Counted from the stretch's first letter, positions 11,699 through 23,183 are shown. The stretch is DNA of 64,000 nucleotides from Escherichia coli (GCF_048403405.1 NZ_CP183129.1), one strand, 5' to 3'. Notes: a model not told the origin generated them from the sequence alone. Made by a program: numbers and translations.

Positions 11699-12496
11699 AT
11701 GAAACTGGATCTGACAGGTAAAGTCGCGGTGGTCAGCGGCTCAACCTCCGGCATTGGGCAGGGTATCGCCGCCGGACTGGCAAAAGCAGGCGCAACGGTG
11801 GTTGTCGTCGGCCGTAAACAGCGCGGCGTTGATGATGCCATGGCTGCGATTGCGGCACAAACTCCCACGGCGTCACTGCGTGGCGTGGTGGCCGATCTCA
11901 GCACCGAAGACGGCGTGGCTGCGCTGATCGCTGCAGTCCCAACGGCTGATGTGCTGGTCAATAATCTGGGCATTTTTAACGATAAAGATTTCTTTAGCGT
12001 TCCGGATGATGAGTGGATGCACTTCTATAACGTCAACGTCCTCTCCGGCGTTCGTCTGGCGCGTCACTATGCGCCAGGCATGACGGAACAGGGCTGGGGG
12101 CGGATTATCTTTGTCTCGTCCGAATCCGGCGTGGCAATTCCTGGCGACATGATCAACTACGGCGTCACCAAAGCTGCGAATCTGGCGGTCTCTCATGGTC
12201 TGGCGAAACGACTGGCGGGGACCGGTGTGACCGTCAACGCCATTCTGCCAGGGCCAACCTTTACCGATGGCCTGAAAGAGATGCTGGCGGATGCCGCTGC
12301 ACAATCGGGACGCAGTGCGCGTGAACAGGCCGATGAGTTTGTTAAAACCTCACGTCCGAGCTCCATCATCCAGCGTGCGGCAGAGGTGGAAGAAGTGGCG
12401 AATCTGGCGGTTTATCTCGCGTCACCGCTTTCCTCGGCAACCACAGGGGCAGCCCTGCGCGTCGATGGCGGCGTCGTCGACACCCTGACAATGTAA
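11699..12496 (+). CDS. short-chain dehydrogenase/reductase (SDR)
   Basis: Rossmann motif VVSGSTSGIGQG near N-terminus and NNLGI motif; start chosen at MKLDLTGK (ORF track extends upstream to 11597). Confidence 0.8.
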   Translation: MKLDLTGKVAVVSGSTSGIGQGIAAGLAKAGATVVVVGRKQRGVDDAMAAIAAQTPTASLRGVVADLSTEDGVAALIAAVPTADVLVNNLGIFNDKDFFSVPDDEWMHFYNVNVLSGVRLARHYAPGMTEQGWGRIIFVSSESGVAIPGDMINYGVTKAANLAVSHGLAKRLAGTGVTVNAILPGPTFTDGLKEMLADAAAQSGRSAREQADEFVKTSRPSSIIQRAAEVEEVANLAVYLASPLSSATTGAALRVDGGVVDTLTM

Positions 12497-12521
12497 CCCT
12501 ATAAATTAAGAGAAAATTATC

Positions 12522-12938
12522 ATGGCTAAAACAACTGTATCGATCGAAATTCCGGCTTCTGCCGACGCCGTATGGCAATTGATGGGCGGCTTTGATGCGC
12601 TGCCTGACTGGCTGCCGTTCATCCCGAAAAGCGTAGTGACAGAAGGAGGTCGCGTTCGTTCGCTGACAACCTCTGACGGCGGCACTGTGGTTGAACGTCT
12701 GGAAGCGTTTGATAACCGTCAACGCAGTTATACCTATTCCATTATTCAGGCACCGTTCCCGGTGGTGGATTACCTCTCCACCATTACCGTTCATGAAACC
12801 GCCGACAGCCAGGTTTCCCGTGTGGAATGGTTCGGTGAATTCACCCCGGTGAATGTGACGAACGAAGAGGCCGAAGCGCTGTTTACCGGCATCTATCGGG
12901 ATGGTCTCAAGGCGCTAAAGGACAACTTTGTTGCCTGA
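12522..12938 (+). CDS. SRPBCC-superfamily (polyketide cyclase/Bet v1-like) small protein
   Basis: 138 aa, tight spacing after SDR gene suggests same operon; family assignment by recalled similarity only. Confidence 0.6.
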   Translation: MAKTTVSIEIPASADAVWQLMGGFDALPDWLPFIPKSVVTEGGRVRSLTTSDGGTVVERLEAFDNRQRSYTYSIIQAPFPVVDYLSTITVHETADSQVSRVEWFGEFTPVNVTNEEAEALFTGIYRDGLKALKDNFVA

Positions 12939-13095
12939 TGCGATCGACAGGCGTCGGAACGTCCGGCGTCTGATTATTAACAAAAACAGAATAGTCTATT
13001 GCCATTTGTATCATTTATGTTATCAGGCAGCAGGCGTATTCTCTCCCCATCGCGTTAATAAACGCCAAACAATTAAGACACTCTGGAATATAAAC

Positions 13096-13308
13096 ATGAA
13101 AACGATCATCGCAATTTTTACAGCTTCTCTTTTCTCTGTCGCGGCGTTTAACGCATCGGCACAAAGCGTGACAGCAACCGGTACAACACTGGATTCTGCG
13201 GAAGCGGTTATTGCGCAGAAAGCGAAAGAGATGAACGCCTCTGAATATAAAATTACCAGCGCTCGCATGGGCAATACCGTCACCATGAGCGCCGAACTGT
13301 ACAAATAA
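13096..13308 (+). CDS. small secreted DUF1471 (YhcN/BhsA-like) stress protein
   Basis: 70 aa from MKTIIAIFTASLFSVAAFNASA signal peptide; C-terminal ...KITSARMGNTVTMSAELYK typical of the family. Confidence 0.65.
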   Translation: MKTIIAIFTASLFSVAAFNASAQSVTATGTTLDSAEAVIAQKAKEMNASEYKITSARMGNTVTMSAELYK

Positions 13309-13356
13309 CCGCGCGAGGGACCCATTACGTAATTTGCTAAATATGCGCTGAATGCG

Positions 13357-13548
13357 TTGCCATTAAAAAACCGTATTGTAATGCCACCGATGACACGTTC
13401 TCGCGCGGGTGCGGGTGACGTTGCGATTGACATGATGGCGGAGTATTACGCGCAGCGCGCCAGTGCAGGACTTATCATCAGCGAAGGTACGCAAATCAGC
13501 AGAAGCGCTGCGCATAATTTTCCATGGCACGCTGATTTACTCCGGTAA
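13357..13548 (+). pseudogene. remnant of an Old-Yellow-Enzyme type NADH:flavin oxidoreductase (N-terminal ~60 codons only)
   Basis: LKNRIVMPPMTRSRAGAGDVAIDMMAEYYAQRASAGLIISEGTQIS matches OYE/NemA N-terminus; ORF truncates after 63 aa. Confidence 0.6.
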
Positions 13549-13774
13549 ATACACCAAAGCGCGCGCCGAAGCGGACTGTCAGATTTGATTGCATTTTGGC
13601 TACGCAACCGGTCAGTTGGAGTATGAAGTTGCTCACGAATAGCCTTAGCATCCGCAATTTCGTAGTGGGTCACCCGTGCAGGTTCTTTCTAATCTCAACA
13701 GCCTCTTCCAGAGAGGTTTTCAACTCATCAAAAAAACTCAATTTATACCTCGCCTTTGAGCCGTTTCGTCACGG

Positions 13775-15007
13775 TTATCTTTGCTCCCCCATCATCTCCC
13801 GCACAAGTTCCACGCAGCGCAGGAAACGGCTGTCGTAATCGTCCTCTTCAACCCGCACGAATTCGATATTGTTCTCTTCCAGCATCTCCACCAGCAAGTT
13901 CTGGAACTCTTTGCGATCCACCGAACTGCCGAGGCTGCGTAAACCATCCGCCACCCAAGGGGTGTTGTTCTCCAGCAAGATAACCAGATCAAAACGGTAT
14001 TCATCGATCAGCGCCTGCACGAACGGATGCTCCCGCCCTTCGTACTTTTTGCAGAACGCCTGGGTAGTGACAAAATCAGTGTCGATAAACGCCACTTTAT
14101 TGGCGTATTTCACTGCAAAATCAATATATTGCGCGTGTCCTAGCGCGATTTTATCGTAGTCGGAATACTGCAATGCGATCTCATCACCGCCAAGGTGTGA
14201 AAAGACATAATCGCGACCATATTCCCACGCACTGGTGGTATTGAAGATATTGGCAAGTTTGTTTACCAGGGTGGATTTACCGCTCGACTCGCCGCCAAGG
14301 ATCGCCACGGTACGCACAAAGAACGGCTTCACTTCGGTGGGAATATATTCCCAGTAGCGGAACGGGTTTTCGCGGATCTGCGCACCGCTGATACTCATAA
14401 AGGTGCGTTTCGGATCGACCAGCACCGTTTCGATCCCCAGATGTTCCATATACTGTGGCGCATCGGCTTCTTCCGAGGTGTAGATCAGGTCCGGCTGGAT
14501 CCCCTTTTCAGCCATAAACTTTTTGATGCCGTTGCTCCATACATCCCAGCCGTGCGGATATGGCTCCATGCCCTCTTCATTGAAAGCATGAATACGGATA
14601 TTTTTCTGATATTTAAAGGTTTGCAATAACCAGCGCAGACGATCCGGCACGGTGGGCTGCTGCGACATGGCGCTGTCTTCAAACAACGCGCGGTCGCGGG
14701 TATCGTCAAACCCCATAATGATATGCAGCTCGTCAACCTGGCTACAGGCGCGCTGGATAAGGTAGATATGTCCGGTATGCAGCGGGTAGAACTTACCGAA
14801 TACCACACCGATCGTTTTCTTCTGCCGGGGAAACTCAAGCCCTAAAAAACGGTGCAACGCCTCCAGCTTTTGCGCGCTGGGGCTTTTAATTTTGGCATTC
14901 AGTAACTGGCTTAAATACCCTTTGGTCATACCGCTGGCATCAGCTACCTGCTGTAGCGTGCAGCCCTGTTGCTTGATGGCAGTTTTCAGGTAATCAAATG
15001 ACGACAT
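13775..15007 (-). CDS. nadR: bifunctional NMN adenylyltransferase / NAD regulator NadR
   Basis: 410 aa from MSSFDYLKTAIKQ; HTH, nucleotidyltransferase HTGH motif and Walker A GGESSGKST. Confidence 0.93.
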   Translation of the reverse strand: MSSFDYLKTAIKQQGCTLQQVADASGMTKGYLSQLLNAKIKSPSAQKLEALHRFLGLEFPRQKKTIGVVFGKFYPLHTGHIYLIQRACSQVDELHIIMGFDDTRDRALFEDSAMSQQPTVPDRLRWLLQTFKYQKNIRIHAFNEEGMEPYPHGWDVWSNGIKKFMAEKGIQPDLIYTSEEADAPQYMEHLGIETVLVDPKRTFMSISGAQIRENPFRYWEYIPTEVKPFFVRTVAILGGESSGKSTLVNKLANIFNTTSAWEYGRDYVFSHLGGDEIALQYSDYDKIALGHAQYIDFAVKYANKVAFIDTDFVTTQAFCKKYEGREHPFVQALIDEYRFDLVILLENNTPWVADGLRSLGSSVDRKEFQNLLVEMLEENNIEFVRVEEDDYDSRFLRCVELVREMMGEQR

Positions 15008-15027
15008 ATCTCCCTCCGTATTTCTCA

Positions 15028-16410
15028 TTATAAGTCGTCGAACACGCTAAGCGCGTCGGAGAGTTTTTTAACGCCAAAAATCTGCATCCCTTCCGGCGCT
15101 TTTTTCGGTACGTTAGCCGCCGGAACAATCGCCCGGCGAAAACCGTGTTTCGCCGCTTCAGAGATTCGTTCCTGACCGCTGGGCACCGGGCGGATCTCCC
15201 CTGCCAGCCCGACTTCACCAAACACCACCAGATCCTGCGGTAGCGGTCTGTCACGCAGGCTGGAAACCATCGCCAGCAGTAACGCTAAGTCGGCGCTGGT
15301 TTCGGTTACCTTCACGCCGCCGACCACGTTCACAAACACATCCTGATCGGCCATTTGCAGACCACCGTGACGGTGCAAGACAGCCAGCAGGATTGCCAGA
15401 CGGTTTTGTTCCAGCCCCACTGCCACGCGGCGCGGATTCGCCATCATCGAGTGATCGACCAGCGCCTGAATCTCCACCAGCAACGGACGCGTTCCTTCCC
15501 ACACCACCATCACGGAGCTGCCGGAGGTCACTTCATCTCCGCGACTTAAGAAAATTGCCGAAGGGTTGCTGACTTCACGCAGCCCCTGTTCGGTCATCGC
15601 GAAGACGCCCAGCTCATTCACCGCGCCGAAGCGGTTTTTATGGCTGCGCAAGGTGCGAAAACGGGAGTCGGCATCGCCATCCAAAAGCACCGAACAGTCG
15701 ATACAGTGTTCCAGCACTTTCGGGCCAGCCAGCGAACCATCTTTGGTTACGTGCCCCACCATGACAATCGCCACACCGCGCGTTTTGGCGAAGCGTGTCA
15801 AATAAGCCGCCGTTTCACGCACCTGCGCCACGCTGCCAGGCGATGATTGTACATCCGCCATATGCATCACCTGAATGGAGTCAATTACCATCAGCTTCGG
15901 TTGCTCTTCTTCGGCAATCAGGCAGATTTGCTCGATGCTGGTTTCCGACAACATATTGAGATTGTCAGTCGGCAGGCCAAGGCGATGAGCGCGCATTGCC
16001 ACCTGTTGCAGCGACTCTTCGCCGGTGACATACAGCGTTTTCATCTGCTGGGCCAGTTTGCACAGCGTTTGCAACAGCAGCGTGGATTTCCCCGCGCCTG
16101 GGTTACCGCCAATCAGAATGGCGCTTCCCGGCACCACCCCGCCGCCTAATACGCGGTCGAACTCTTTAAATCCGGTAGAAAAACGCGGCAGCTCCTCAAG
16201 GCTGATGTCGGAGAGTTTCTGGACTTTTGCCACTCCGGCGCTACCGGCATAGCCACTAAGACGCTCGTTACGCGCCACCGTTGGCGACGCAGCAAGACGC
16301 ACCTCGGTGATGGTGTTCCAGGCATGACAGGCACTGCACTGCCCCTGCCAGCGCGGATAATCGGCCCCGCATTCATTACAAACAAAGGCGCGTTTTGGAG
16401 CTTTTGCCAC
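15028..16410 (-). CDS. radA: DNA repair protein RadA (Sms)
   Basis: 460 aa from GTG start; C4 zinc finger, RecA-like Walker A GNPGAGKST, Lon-like C-terminus. Confidence 0.93.
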   Translation of the reverse strand: MAKAPKRAFVCNECGADYPRWQGQCSACHAWNTITEVRLAASPTVARNERLSGYAGSAGVAKVQKLSDISLEELPRFSTGFKEFDRVLGGGVVPGSAILIGGNPGAGKSTLLLQTLCKLAQQMKTLYVTGEESLQQVAMRAHRLGLPTDNLNMLSETSIEQICLIAEEEQPKLMVIDSIQVMHMADVQSSPGSVAQVRETAAYLTRFAKTRGVAIVMVGHVTKDGSLAGPKVLEHCIDCSVLLDGDADSRFRTLRSHKNRFGAVNELGVFAMTEQGLREVSNPSAIFLSRGDEVTSGSSVMVVWEGTRPLLVEIQALVDHSMMANPRRVAVGLEQNRLAILLAVLHRHGGLQMADQDVFVNVVGGVKVTETSADLALLLAMVSSLRDRPLPQDLVVFGEVGLAGEIRPVPSGQERISEAAKHGFRRAIVPAANVPKKAPEGMQIFGVKKLSDALSVFDDL

Positions 16411-16458
16411 GGTGTACCTCGTTAATGCTGTGCCGCCCGCAGGATGACGGGCAGGCAA

Positions 16459-17427
16459 TTACTTCTGATTCAGGCTGCCAGAGAGGATGCAGAATACCCC
16501 CATCAGGTCAGCGTGACGGATGGTGACTTCCGTCTTTTCATTCACTTTTGGCTTGGCATGGTAGGCAATCCCCAGCCCTGCCGCTTTGATCATCGGCAGG
16601 TCATTGGCTCCATCACCAATCGCCACGGTCTGCGCCAGCGGGATTTCATACTCCTGCGCGAGGCGAGTCAGAGTTTTCGCTTTGTACTGCGCGTCTACGA
16701 TGTCGCCGATCACATTGCCGGTAAATTTACCGTCCATGATCTCCAGTTCATTGGCTACCACGGCTGTCAGGCGCAGCTTGTCGCGCAGGTATTCAGCAAA
16801 GAAAGTAAAGCCGCCGGAGGCAATCGCCACTTTCCAGCCCAGCGTTTCCAGCTTGAGCACCAGTTGCGTTAAGCCTGGCATCAGCGGCAGATTTTCACGC
16901 ACCTGTTGCAGAATATTGGCGTCAGCGCCTTTCAGCGTCGCCACGCGGCTGCGCAGGCTGGCGGTAAAATCGAGTTCGCCGCGCATCGCCCGTTCGGTTA
17001 CCTCCGCCACCATCTCGCCCGTTCCGGCCAGTTTGGCAATTTCATCAATACATTCAATCTGGATGGCGGTGGAATCCATGTCCATCACCAGCAAACCCGG
17101 CGTGCGCAGGTGCGGGATTTTCCCCAGCGGCGCGACATCCAGCTGCGCTTCGTGGGCCAGGCGCGTAGCCCGCGCGGTGAGTGAACCTGCCAGACGAATC
17201 ACCTGATAATCTTCCACGCACCAGGCGGCAACAATCACCATCGCAGCGCCCAGTTTGCTCTGGTATTGGGTCAGACGTTGTTTATCCAGCCCACGACCAT
17301 ACAGCAGCCAGCCGCTACGACCTGCGTGGTAATCCAGTGGCATCACTTCATCACCACTTAATGAAAGAGGCAGACCCGGCCATAAAGAGACATCTTCAGG
17401 CAGGTCGCACCAGGTAATGTTAGGCAT
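16459..17427 (-). CDS. serB: phosphoserine phosphatase SerB
   Basis: 322 aa from MPNITWCDLPEDVSLW; HAD motif DMDSTAI; ORF track extends upstream into IS150-flanking DNA. Confidence 0.92.
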   Translation of the reverse strand: MPNITWCDLPEDVSLWPGLPLSLSGDEVMPLDYHAGRSGWLLYGRGLDKQRLTQYQSKLGAAMVIVAAWCVEDYQVIRLAGSLTARATRLAHEAQLDVAPLGKIPHLRTPGLLVMDMDSTAIQIECIDEIAKLAGTGEMVAEVTERAMRGELDFTASLRSRVATLKGADANILQQVRENLPLMPGLTQLVLKLETLGWKVAIASGGFTFFAEYLRDKLRLTAVVANELEIMDGKFTGNVIGDIVDAQYKAKTLTRLAQEYEIPLAQTVAIGDGANDLPMIKAAGLGIAYHAKPKVNEKTEVTIRHADLMGVFCILSGSLNQK

Positions 17428-17542
17428 TAAGGCTCCTGTAAAATCGTTCGAAGCAGGGAAAATAACGCATGAGGCTACCTTGTATCCATTGCTTCTGGCA
17501 ACATTAAGTCTCAAATTGTACTGACCCCAAAAAGTTGGACAG

Positions 17543-18394
17543 TTAAACACGAGGCATATAGGTCTGATTCCGATATTCAATTGGAGTCAGACCTTTTAAT
17601 TTCAGGCTAATTCTTCTGCTGTTGTAGTATTCAATATATTCCGTAACAGCATCCTTCAGTTCGCTTATATTACTGAACTCATCAAGATAAAAACACTCCG
17701 ACTTTAAGGTTCCAAAGAAACACTCCACCACAGCATTATCCAGACAATTGCCTTTTCTGGACATGCTTTGTTTAATACCATGTTCTTTAAGGATATTTTG
17801 ATATCTTCTCATACGATACTGCCATCCCTGGTCAGAGTGCAGAACAGGATGCTCGTGAGGATTAAGCTTTTTGAATGCCTGATCGAGCATATTCTCAACC
17901 ATGTTCATCACTGGTCTTTCCGAAAGGCTGTAAGAAATAACTTCGTTGTTGAAGAGATCTATTACTGGAGACAAATACAGCTTGCGCCCATTGACTACAA
18001 ATTCAGTAACATCGGTAACCCACTTCTCGTTTGGCCGCGTAGCCTTGAAATCTCTTTGGAGAACATTAGGGGCGGTTTGCCCTACCTCTCCTCTGTAAGA
18101 GCGGTATCGCTTGACCTTAATCGCTGCTTTAAGTGAGAGGGTTCCCATCAGGCGCTGAACAGCTTTATGGTTAATCTGTTTCCCTTCTCGATGAAGAGAC
18201 AGCGTTACCCTACGGTATCCGTATCGGCCTCTATTCTCGTGATAAATCTCACCAATACGCTTTTTAACGTCCGCATACTTGTCAGGCTTGCTGAGAGCCT
18301 TTAGATGGTAATAAAACGTACTGCGCGGTATCTCCGCAGCCCTGAGAAGCTCATCAAGAGGATAAAACTGCCTTAGCTCGTTGAGTACTTTTAC
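17543..18394 (-). CDS. insK: IS150 transposase orfB (InsK), expressed by -1 frameshift from orfA
   Basis: DDE-type integrase core (ORF track shows 201 aa C-terminal part from internal Met); upstream extent approximate. Confidence 0.8.
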   Translation of the reverse strand, partial: VKVLNELRQFYPLDELLRAAEIPRSTFYYHLKALSKPDKYADVKKRIGEIYHENRGRYGYRRVTLSLHREGKQINHKAVQRLMGTLSLKAAIKVKRYRSYRGEVGQTAPNVLQRDFKATRPNEKWVTDVTEFVVNGRKLYLSPVIDLFNNEVISYSLSERPVMNMVENMLDQAFKKLNPHEHPVLHSDQGWQYRMRRYQNILKEHGIKQSMSRKGNCLDNAVVECFFGTLKSECFYLDEFSNISELKDAVTEYIEYYNSRRISLKLKGLTPIEYRNQTYMPRV

Positions 18395-18912
18395 TTTTTC
18401 GTGGGATGAGCTAAGGCTTTCAGCTTTTTTAGATACATAAGCCGCGTTTCAAGAAATCGAACTTGCCTTTCAAGATCCTCAATGCGTCGGTCTTTTGACA
18501 GCTCCAATGCTGATGCCGCTTTTTCTGGATCAACTGATATTGCAATGTTTCTTTTGGTGCCAATCTTGAGCGCGCGTAAACCAGCTTCTCCGCGCTCTTC
18601 ATAGACCTTCAGCCACCTGGCTACAGAACCACTACCAGCAAGCATAAAGTGAGCAGCAGCCTGATTAAGGGACATGTGCTGCTCGATCACAGCTTTCACG
18701 ACCTTAATACGCAACTCTGGATCAGCACTAACGCCTTTAGGTTTGGGAATTAAACCTTTTTCTCCATGTTTTTCATAGAGGGCAACCCATGTCCTGACCT
18801 GGGTTCGGGGGACACCAAAACGTGCCGAGATGATCCTGTAACCATCATCAGTTGTGAAGTAGTGATTCACGACTTCAAGGCGCTTTTCAAAAGGGTATTT
18901 TGGCTTTGACAT
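18391..18912 (-). CDS. insJ: IS150 transposase orfA (InsJ), HTH protein
   Basis: 173 aa MSKPKYPFEKRLEVVNHYFTTDDGYRIISARFGVPRTQVRTWVALYEKHG... Confidence 0.88.
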   Translation of the reverse strand: MSKPKYPFEKRLEVVNHYFTTDDGYRIISARFGVPRTQVRTWVALYEKHGEKGLIPKPKGVSADPELRIKVVKAVIEQHMSLNQAAAHFMLAGSGSVARWLKVYEERGEAGLRALKIGTKRNIAISVDPEKAASALELSKDRRIEDLERQVRFLETRLMYLKKLKALAHPTKK

Positions 18913-18978
18913 ATTAGGGGCTATTCCATTTCATCGTCCAACAAAATGGGTGCAGTACAAATTTTCAAAGGGTGGAAG

Positions 18979-19623
18979 ATGGCTCGCACAAAACTGAAAT
19001 TCCGGCTGCATCGGGCAGTGATTGTCCTGTTCTGTCTTGCCTTGTTAGTGGCGCTGATGCAGGGGGCGTCATGGTTTAGTCAAAACCACCAGCGTCAGCG
19101 TAATCCACAGCTGGAAGAACTGGCCCGCACCCTGGCGCGTCAGGTGACGCTGAACGTTGCACCGCTGATGCGTACCGACTCACCGGATGAAAAACGCATT
19201 CAGGCGATCCTCGATCAGTTAACGGATGAAAGCCGTATCCTCGACGCGGGCGTGTATGACGAACAAGGCGATCTTATCGCCCGTGCTGGCGAAAGCGTCG
19301 AAGTGCGCGACCGGTTGGCGCTCGACGGCAAAAAAGCGGGCGGCTATTTTAACCAGCAGATTGTCGAACCAATTGCGGGTAAAAACGGACCGCTCGGCTA
19401 TCTGCGCCTGACGCTCGACACCCATACGCTCGCTACCGAAGCCCAACAGGTGGATAACACCACTAACATTTTACGCCTGATGTTGCTGCTCTCACTGGCA
19501 ATCGGCGTAGTGCTGACCCGCACGCTGCTACAGGGTAAACGCACCCGCTGGCAGCAATCGCCCTTCCTGTTAACCGCCAGCAAACCGGTGCCGGAAGAGG
19601 AAGAAAGCGAGAAAAAAGAGTGA
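18979..19623 (+). CDS. ytjB: membrane protein YtjB (Smp)
   Basis: 214 aa from MARTKLKFRLHRAVIVLFCLALLVA; start lies 19 bp after the IS150 terminus. Confidence 0.88.
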   Translation: MARTKLKFRLHRAVIVLFCLALLVALMQGASWFSQNHQRQRNPQLEELARTLARQVTLNVAPLMRTDSPDEKRIQAILDQLTDESRILDAGVYDEQGDLIARAGESVEVRDRLALDGKKAGGYFNQQIVEPIAGKNGPLGYLRLTLDTHTLATEAQQVDNTTNILRLMLLLSLAIGVVLTRTLLQGKRTRWQQSPFLLTASKPVPEEEESEKKE

Positions 19624-19650
19624 CCCATTACTACAAGAAAGGAAATCGTT

Positions 19651-20667
19651 ATGTCCACATTACGCCTGCTCATTTCTGACTCTTACGACCCGTGGTTTAA
19701 CCTGGCGGTGGAGGAGTGTATTTTTCGCCAGATGCCCGCCACGCAGCGCGTTCTGTTTCTCTGGCGCAATGCCGACACGGTAGTGATTGGTCGCGCACAG
19801 AACCCGTGGAAAGAGTGTAATACCCGGCGGATGGAAGAAGATAACGTCCGCCTGGCGCGGCGCAGTAGCGGTGGCGGCGCGGTGTTCCACGATCTCGGTA
19901 ATACCTGCTTTACCTTTATGGCTGGCAAGCCGGAGTACGATAAAACTATCTCCACGTCGATTGTGCTTAATGCGCTGAACGCGCTCGGCGTCAGCGCCGA
20001 AGCGTCCGGACGTAACGATCTGGTGGTGAAAACCGCCGAAGGCGACCGCAAAGTCTCAGGCTCGGCCTATCGCGAAACCAAAGATCGCGGCTTCCACCAC
20101 GGCACCTTGCTGCTCAATGCCGACCTTAGCCGCCTGGCAAACTATCTCAATCCGGATAAAAAGAAACTGGCGGCGAAAGGCATTACGTCGGTACGTTCCC
20201 GAGTGACCAACCTCACCGAGCTGCTGCCGGGGATCACCCATGAGCAGGTTTGCGAGGCCATAACCGAGGCCTTTTTCGCCCATTATGGCGAGCGCGTGGA
20301 AGCAGAAATCATCTCCCCGGACAAAACGCCAGACTTGCCAAACTTCGCCGAAACCTTTGCCCGCCAGAGTAGCTGGGAATGGAACTTCGGTCAGGCTCCG
20401 GCATTCTCGCATCTGCTGGATGAACGCTTTACCTGGGGCGGTGTGGAACTGCATTTCGACGTTGAAAAAGGCCATATCACCCGCACCCAGGTGTTTACCG
20501 ACAGCCTCAACCCCGCGCCGCTGGAAGCCCTCGCCGGACGACTGCAAGGCTGCCTGTACCGCGCTGACATGCTGCAACAGGAGTGTGAAGCGCTGTTGGT
20601 TGACTTCCCGGAACAGGAAAAAGAGCTACGGGAGTTATCGGCATGGATAGCGGGGGCGGTACGGTAA
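19651..20667 (+). CDS. lplA: lipoate-protein ligase A
   Basis: 338 aa [22 protein letters not shown]... Confidence 0.95.
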   Translation: MSTLRLLISDSYDPWFNLAVEECIFRQMPATQRVLFLWRNADTVVIGRAQNPWKECNTRRMEEDNVRLARRSSGGGAVFHDLGNTCFTFMAGKPEYDKTISTSIVLNALNALGVSAEASGRNDLVVKTAEGDRKVSGSAYRETKDRGFHHGTLLLNADLSRLANYLNPDKKKLAAKGITSVRSRVTNLTELLPGITHEQVCEAITEAFFAHYGERVEAEIISPDKTPDLPNFAETFARQSSWEWNFGQAPAFSHLLDERFTWGGVELHFDVEKGHITRTQVFTDSLNPAPLEALAGRLQGCLYRADMLQQECEALLVDFPEQEKELRELSAWIAGAVR

Positions 20668-20698
20668 CTCGCTCATTAAAATATCCAGGGAAGGAAAT

Positions 20699-20926
20699 AT
20701 GATCGATCTGGAGAGTCAGGAGCGGGAGGTTATCAATTTAATGTTCAGCCAGGGTATATCCTGGCTAGCCGCCGTGCGTATCAGGCATAAATTATCGCTT
20801 GCTGAAGTAAGTAAAATGTTAGGTATCTCGATTAATTCTCTAAAACGGATCGAAAAGACGGAACGGCTTAGCTCAAACATCAAAAGAAAATGGCAGGAAT
20901 TTATGGTTGTCCACCAGAGTTGCTGA
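20699..20926 (+). CDS. 75-codon XRE-type HTH ORF at the position K-12 yjjJ occupies; possible remnant
   Basis: HTH-like segment LSLAEVSKMLGISINSLKRIE; only 183 bp separate its stop from the deoD stop, so no room for a full yjjJ. Confidence 0.4.
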   Translation: MIDLESQEREVINLMFSQGISWLAAVRIRHKLSLAEVSKMLGISINSLKRIEKTERLSSNIKRKWQEFMVVHQSC

Positions 20927-21109
20927 TATACCCTTACTGGATGACGGCTGAACATAAATGAATAGATTCATGAATGGATTTTATTTTCTATCCATATGAA
21001 AAATAATAGTAAATCTATAAATCAGTCGCTATTGATGAATAGATACTAAAAAGCCGGAGCAGTCTCCCGTTCCGGCTTCACAAGGCAATCGCCTTTCAGC
21101 GAAACACAA

Positions 21110-21829
21110 TTACTCTTTATCGCCCAGCAGAACGGATTCCAGCGCGATTTTGATCATGTCGTTGAAGGTGGTCTGACGCTCTTCAGCAGTGGTCTGCTCG
21201 TGAGTACGGATATGGTCAGACACGGTGCAGATAGCCAGTGCTTTCGCACCAAACTCTGCAGCCACGCCGTAGATACCAGCCGCTTCCATTTCCACGCCGA
21301 GGATGCCGTATTTTTCCATCACGTCGAACATTTCGCCGTCCGGAGAGTAGAACAGGTCAGCGGAGAACAGGTTACCCACGCGAGCATCAACGCCCAGTGC
21401 TTTAGCCGCGTCTACCGCGTTACGCACCATGTCAAAGTCAGCGATAGCGGCAAAGTCATGGTCTTTAAAACGGATGCGGTTAACTTTGGAATCGGTGCAG
21501 GCACCCATACCGATAACGACGTCGCGCAGTTTTACGTGTGGCAGAACAGCGCCACAGGAACCCACGCGGATAATTTTCTTCACGCCGAAATCGGTGATCA
21601 GTTCTTTGGTGTAGATGGAGCAGGACGGGATACCCATACCGTGACCCATTACGGAAATTTTGCGGCCTTTGTAAGTACCGGTGAAGCCCAGCATACCGCG
21701 AACGTTGTTCACTTCACGGGCATCTTCAAGGAAAGTTTCAGCAATATACTTCGCACGCAGCGGGTCGCCTGGCATCAAAACTACGTCAGCGAAATCGCCC
21801 ATTTCTGCATTAATGTGTGGGGTAGCCAT
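21110..21829 (-). CDS. deoD: purine nucleoside phosphorylase DeoD
   Basis: 239 aa [34 protein letters not shown]... Confidence 0.95.
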   Translation of the reverse strand: MATPHINAEMGDFADVVLMPGDPLRAKYIAETFLEDAREVNNVRGMLGFTGTYKGRKISVMGHGMGIPSCSIYTKELITDFGVKKIIRVGSCGAVLPHVKLRDVVIGMGACTDSKVNRIRFKDHDFAAIADFDMVRNAVDAAKALGVDARVGNLFSADLFYSPDGEMFDVMEKYGILGVEMEAAGIYGVAAEFGAKALAICTVSDHIRTHEQTTAEERQTTFNDMIKIALESVLLGDKE

Positions 21830-21845
21830 TGTTTTATCCTTATCA

Positions 21846-21900
21846 ACATGTTTTCACCCTCTCCCTGTGGGAGAGGGCCGGGGTGAGGGCATCAAGCCGC
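21846..21900. repeat. GC-rich palindromic intergenic element between deoB and deoD
   Basis: CACCCTCTCCCTGTGGGAGAGGGCCGGGGTGAGGGC forms a strong hairpin; resembles E. coli intergenic repeat families. Confidence 0.5.
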
Positions 21901-21908
21901 ACCCATTA

Positions 21909-23153
<1,245 letters not shown>

Positions 23154-23183
23154 TCAAATTTAAATGATCAGACCAGTATACCG

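Larger units (their letters stand above)
17517..18959 (-). mobile_element. IS150 (IS3 family) complete copy, 1443 bp
   Basis: Terminal inverted repeats TGTACTGACCCCAAAAAGTTGGAC... at 17517 and ...TGCAGTACA at 18959; flanked by AAT/AAT 3-bp direct repeat; orfA plus orfB. Confidence 0.9.
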
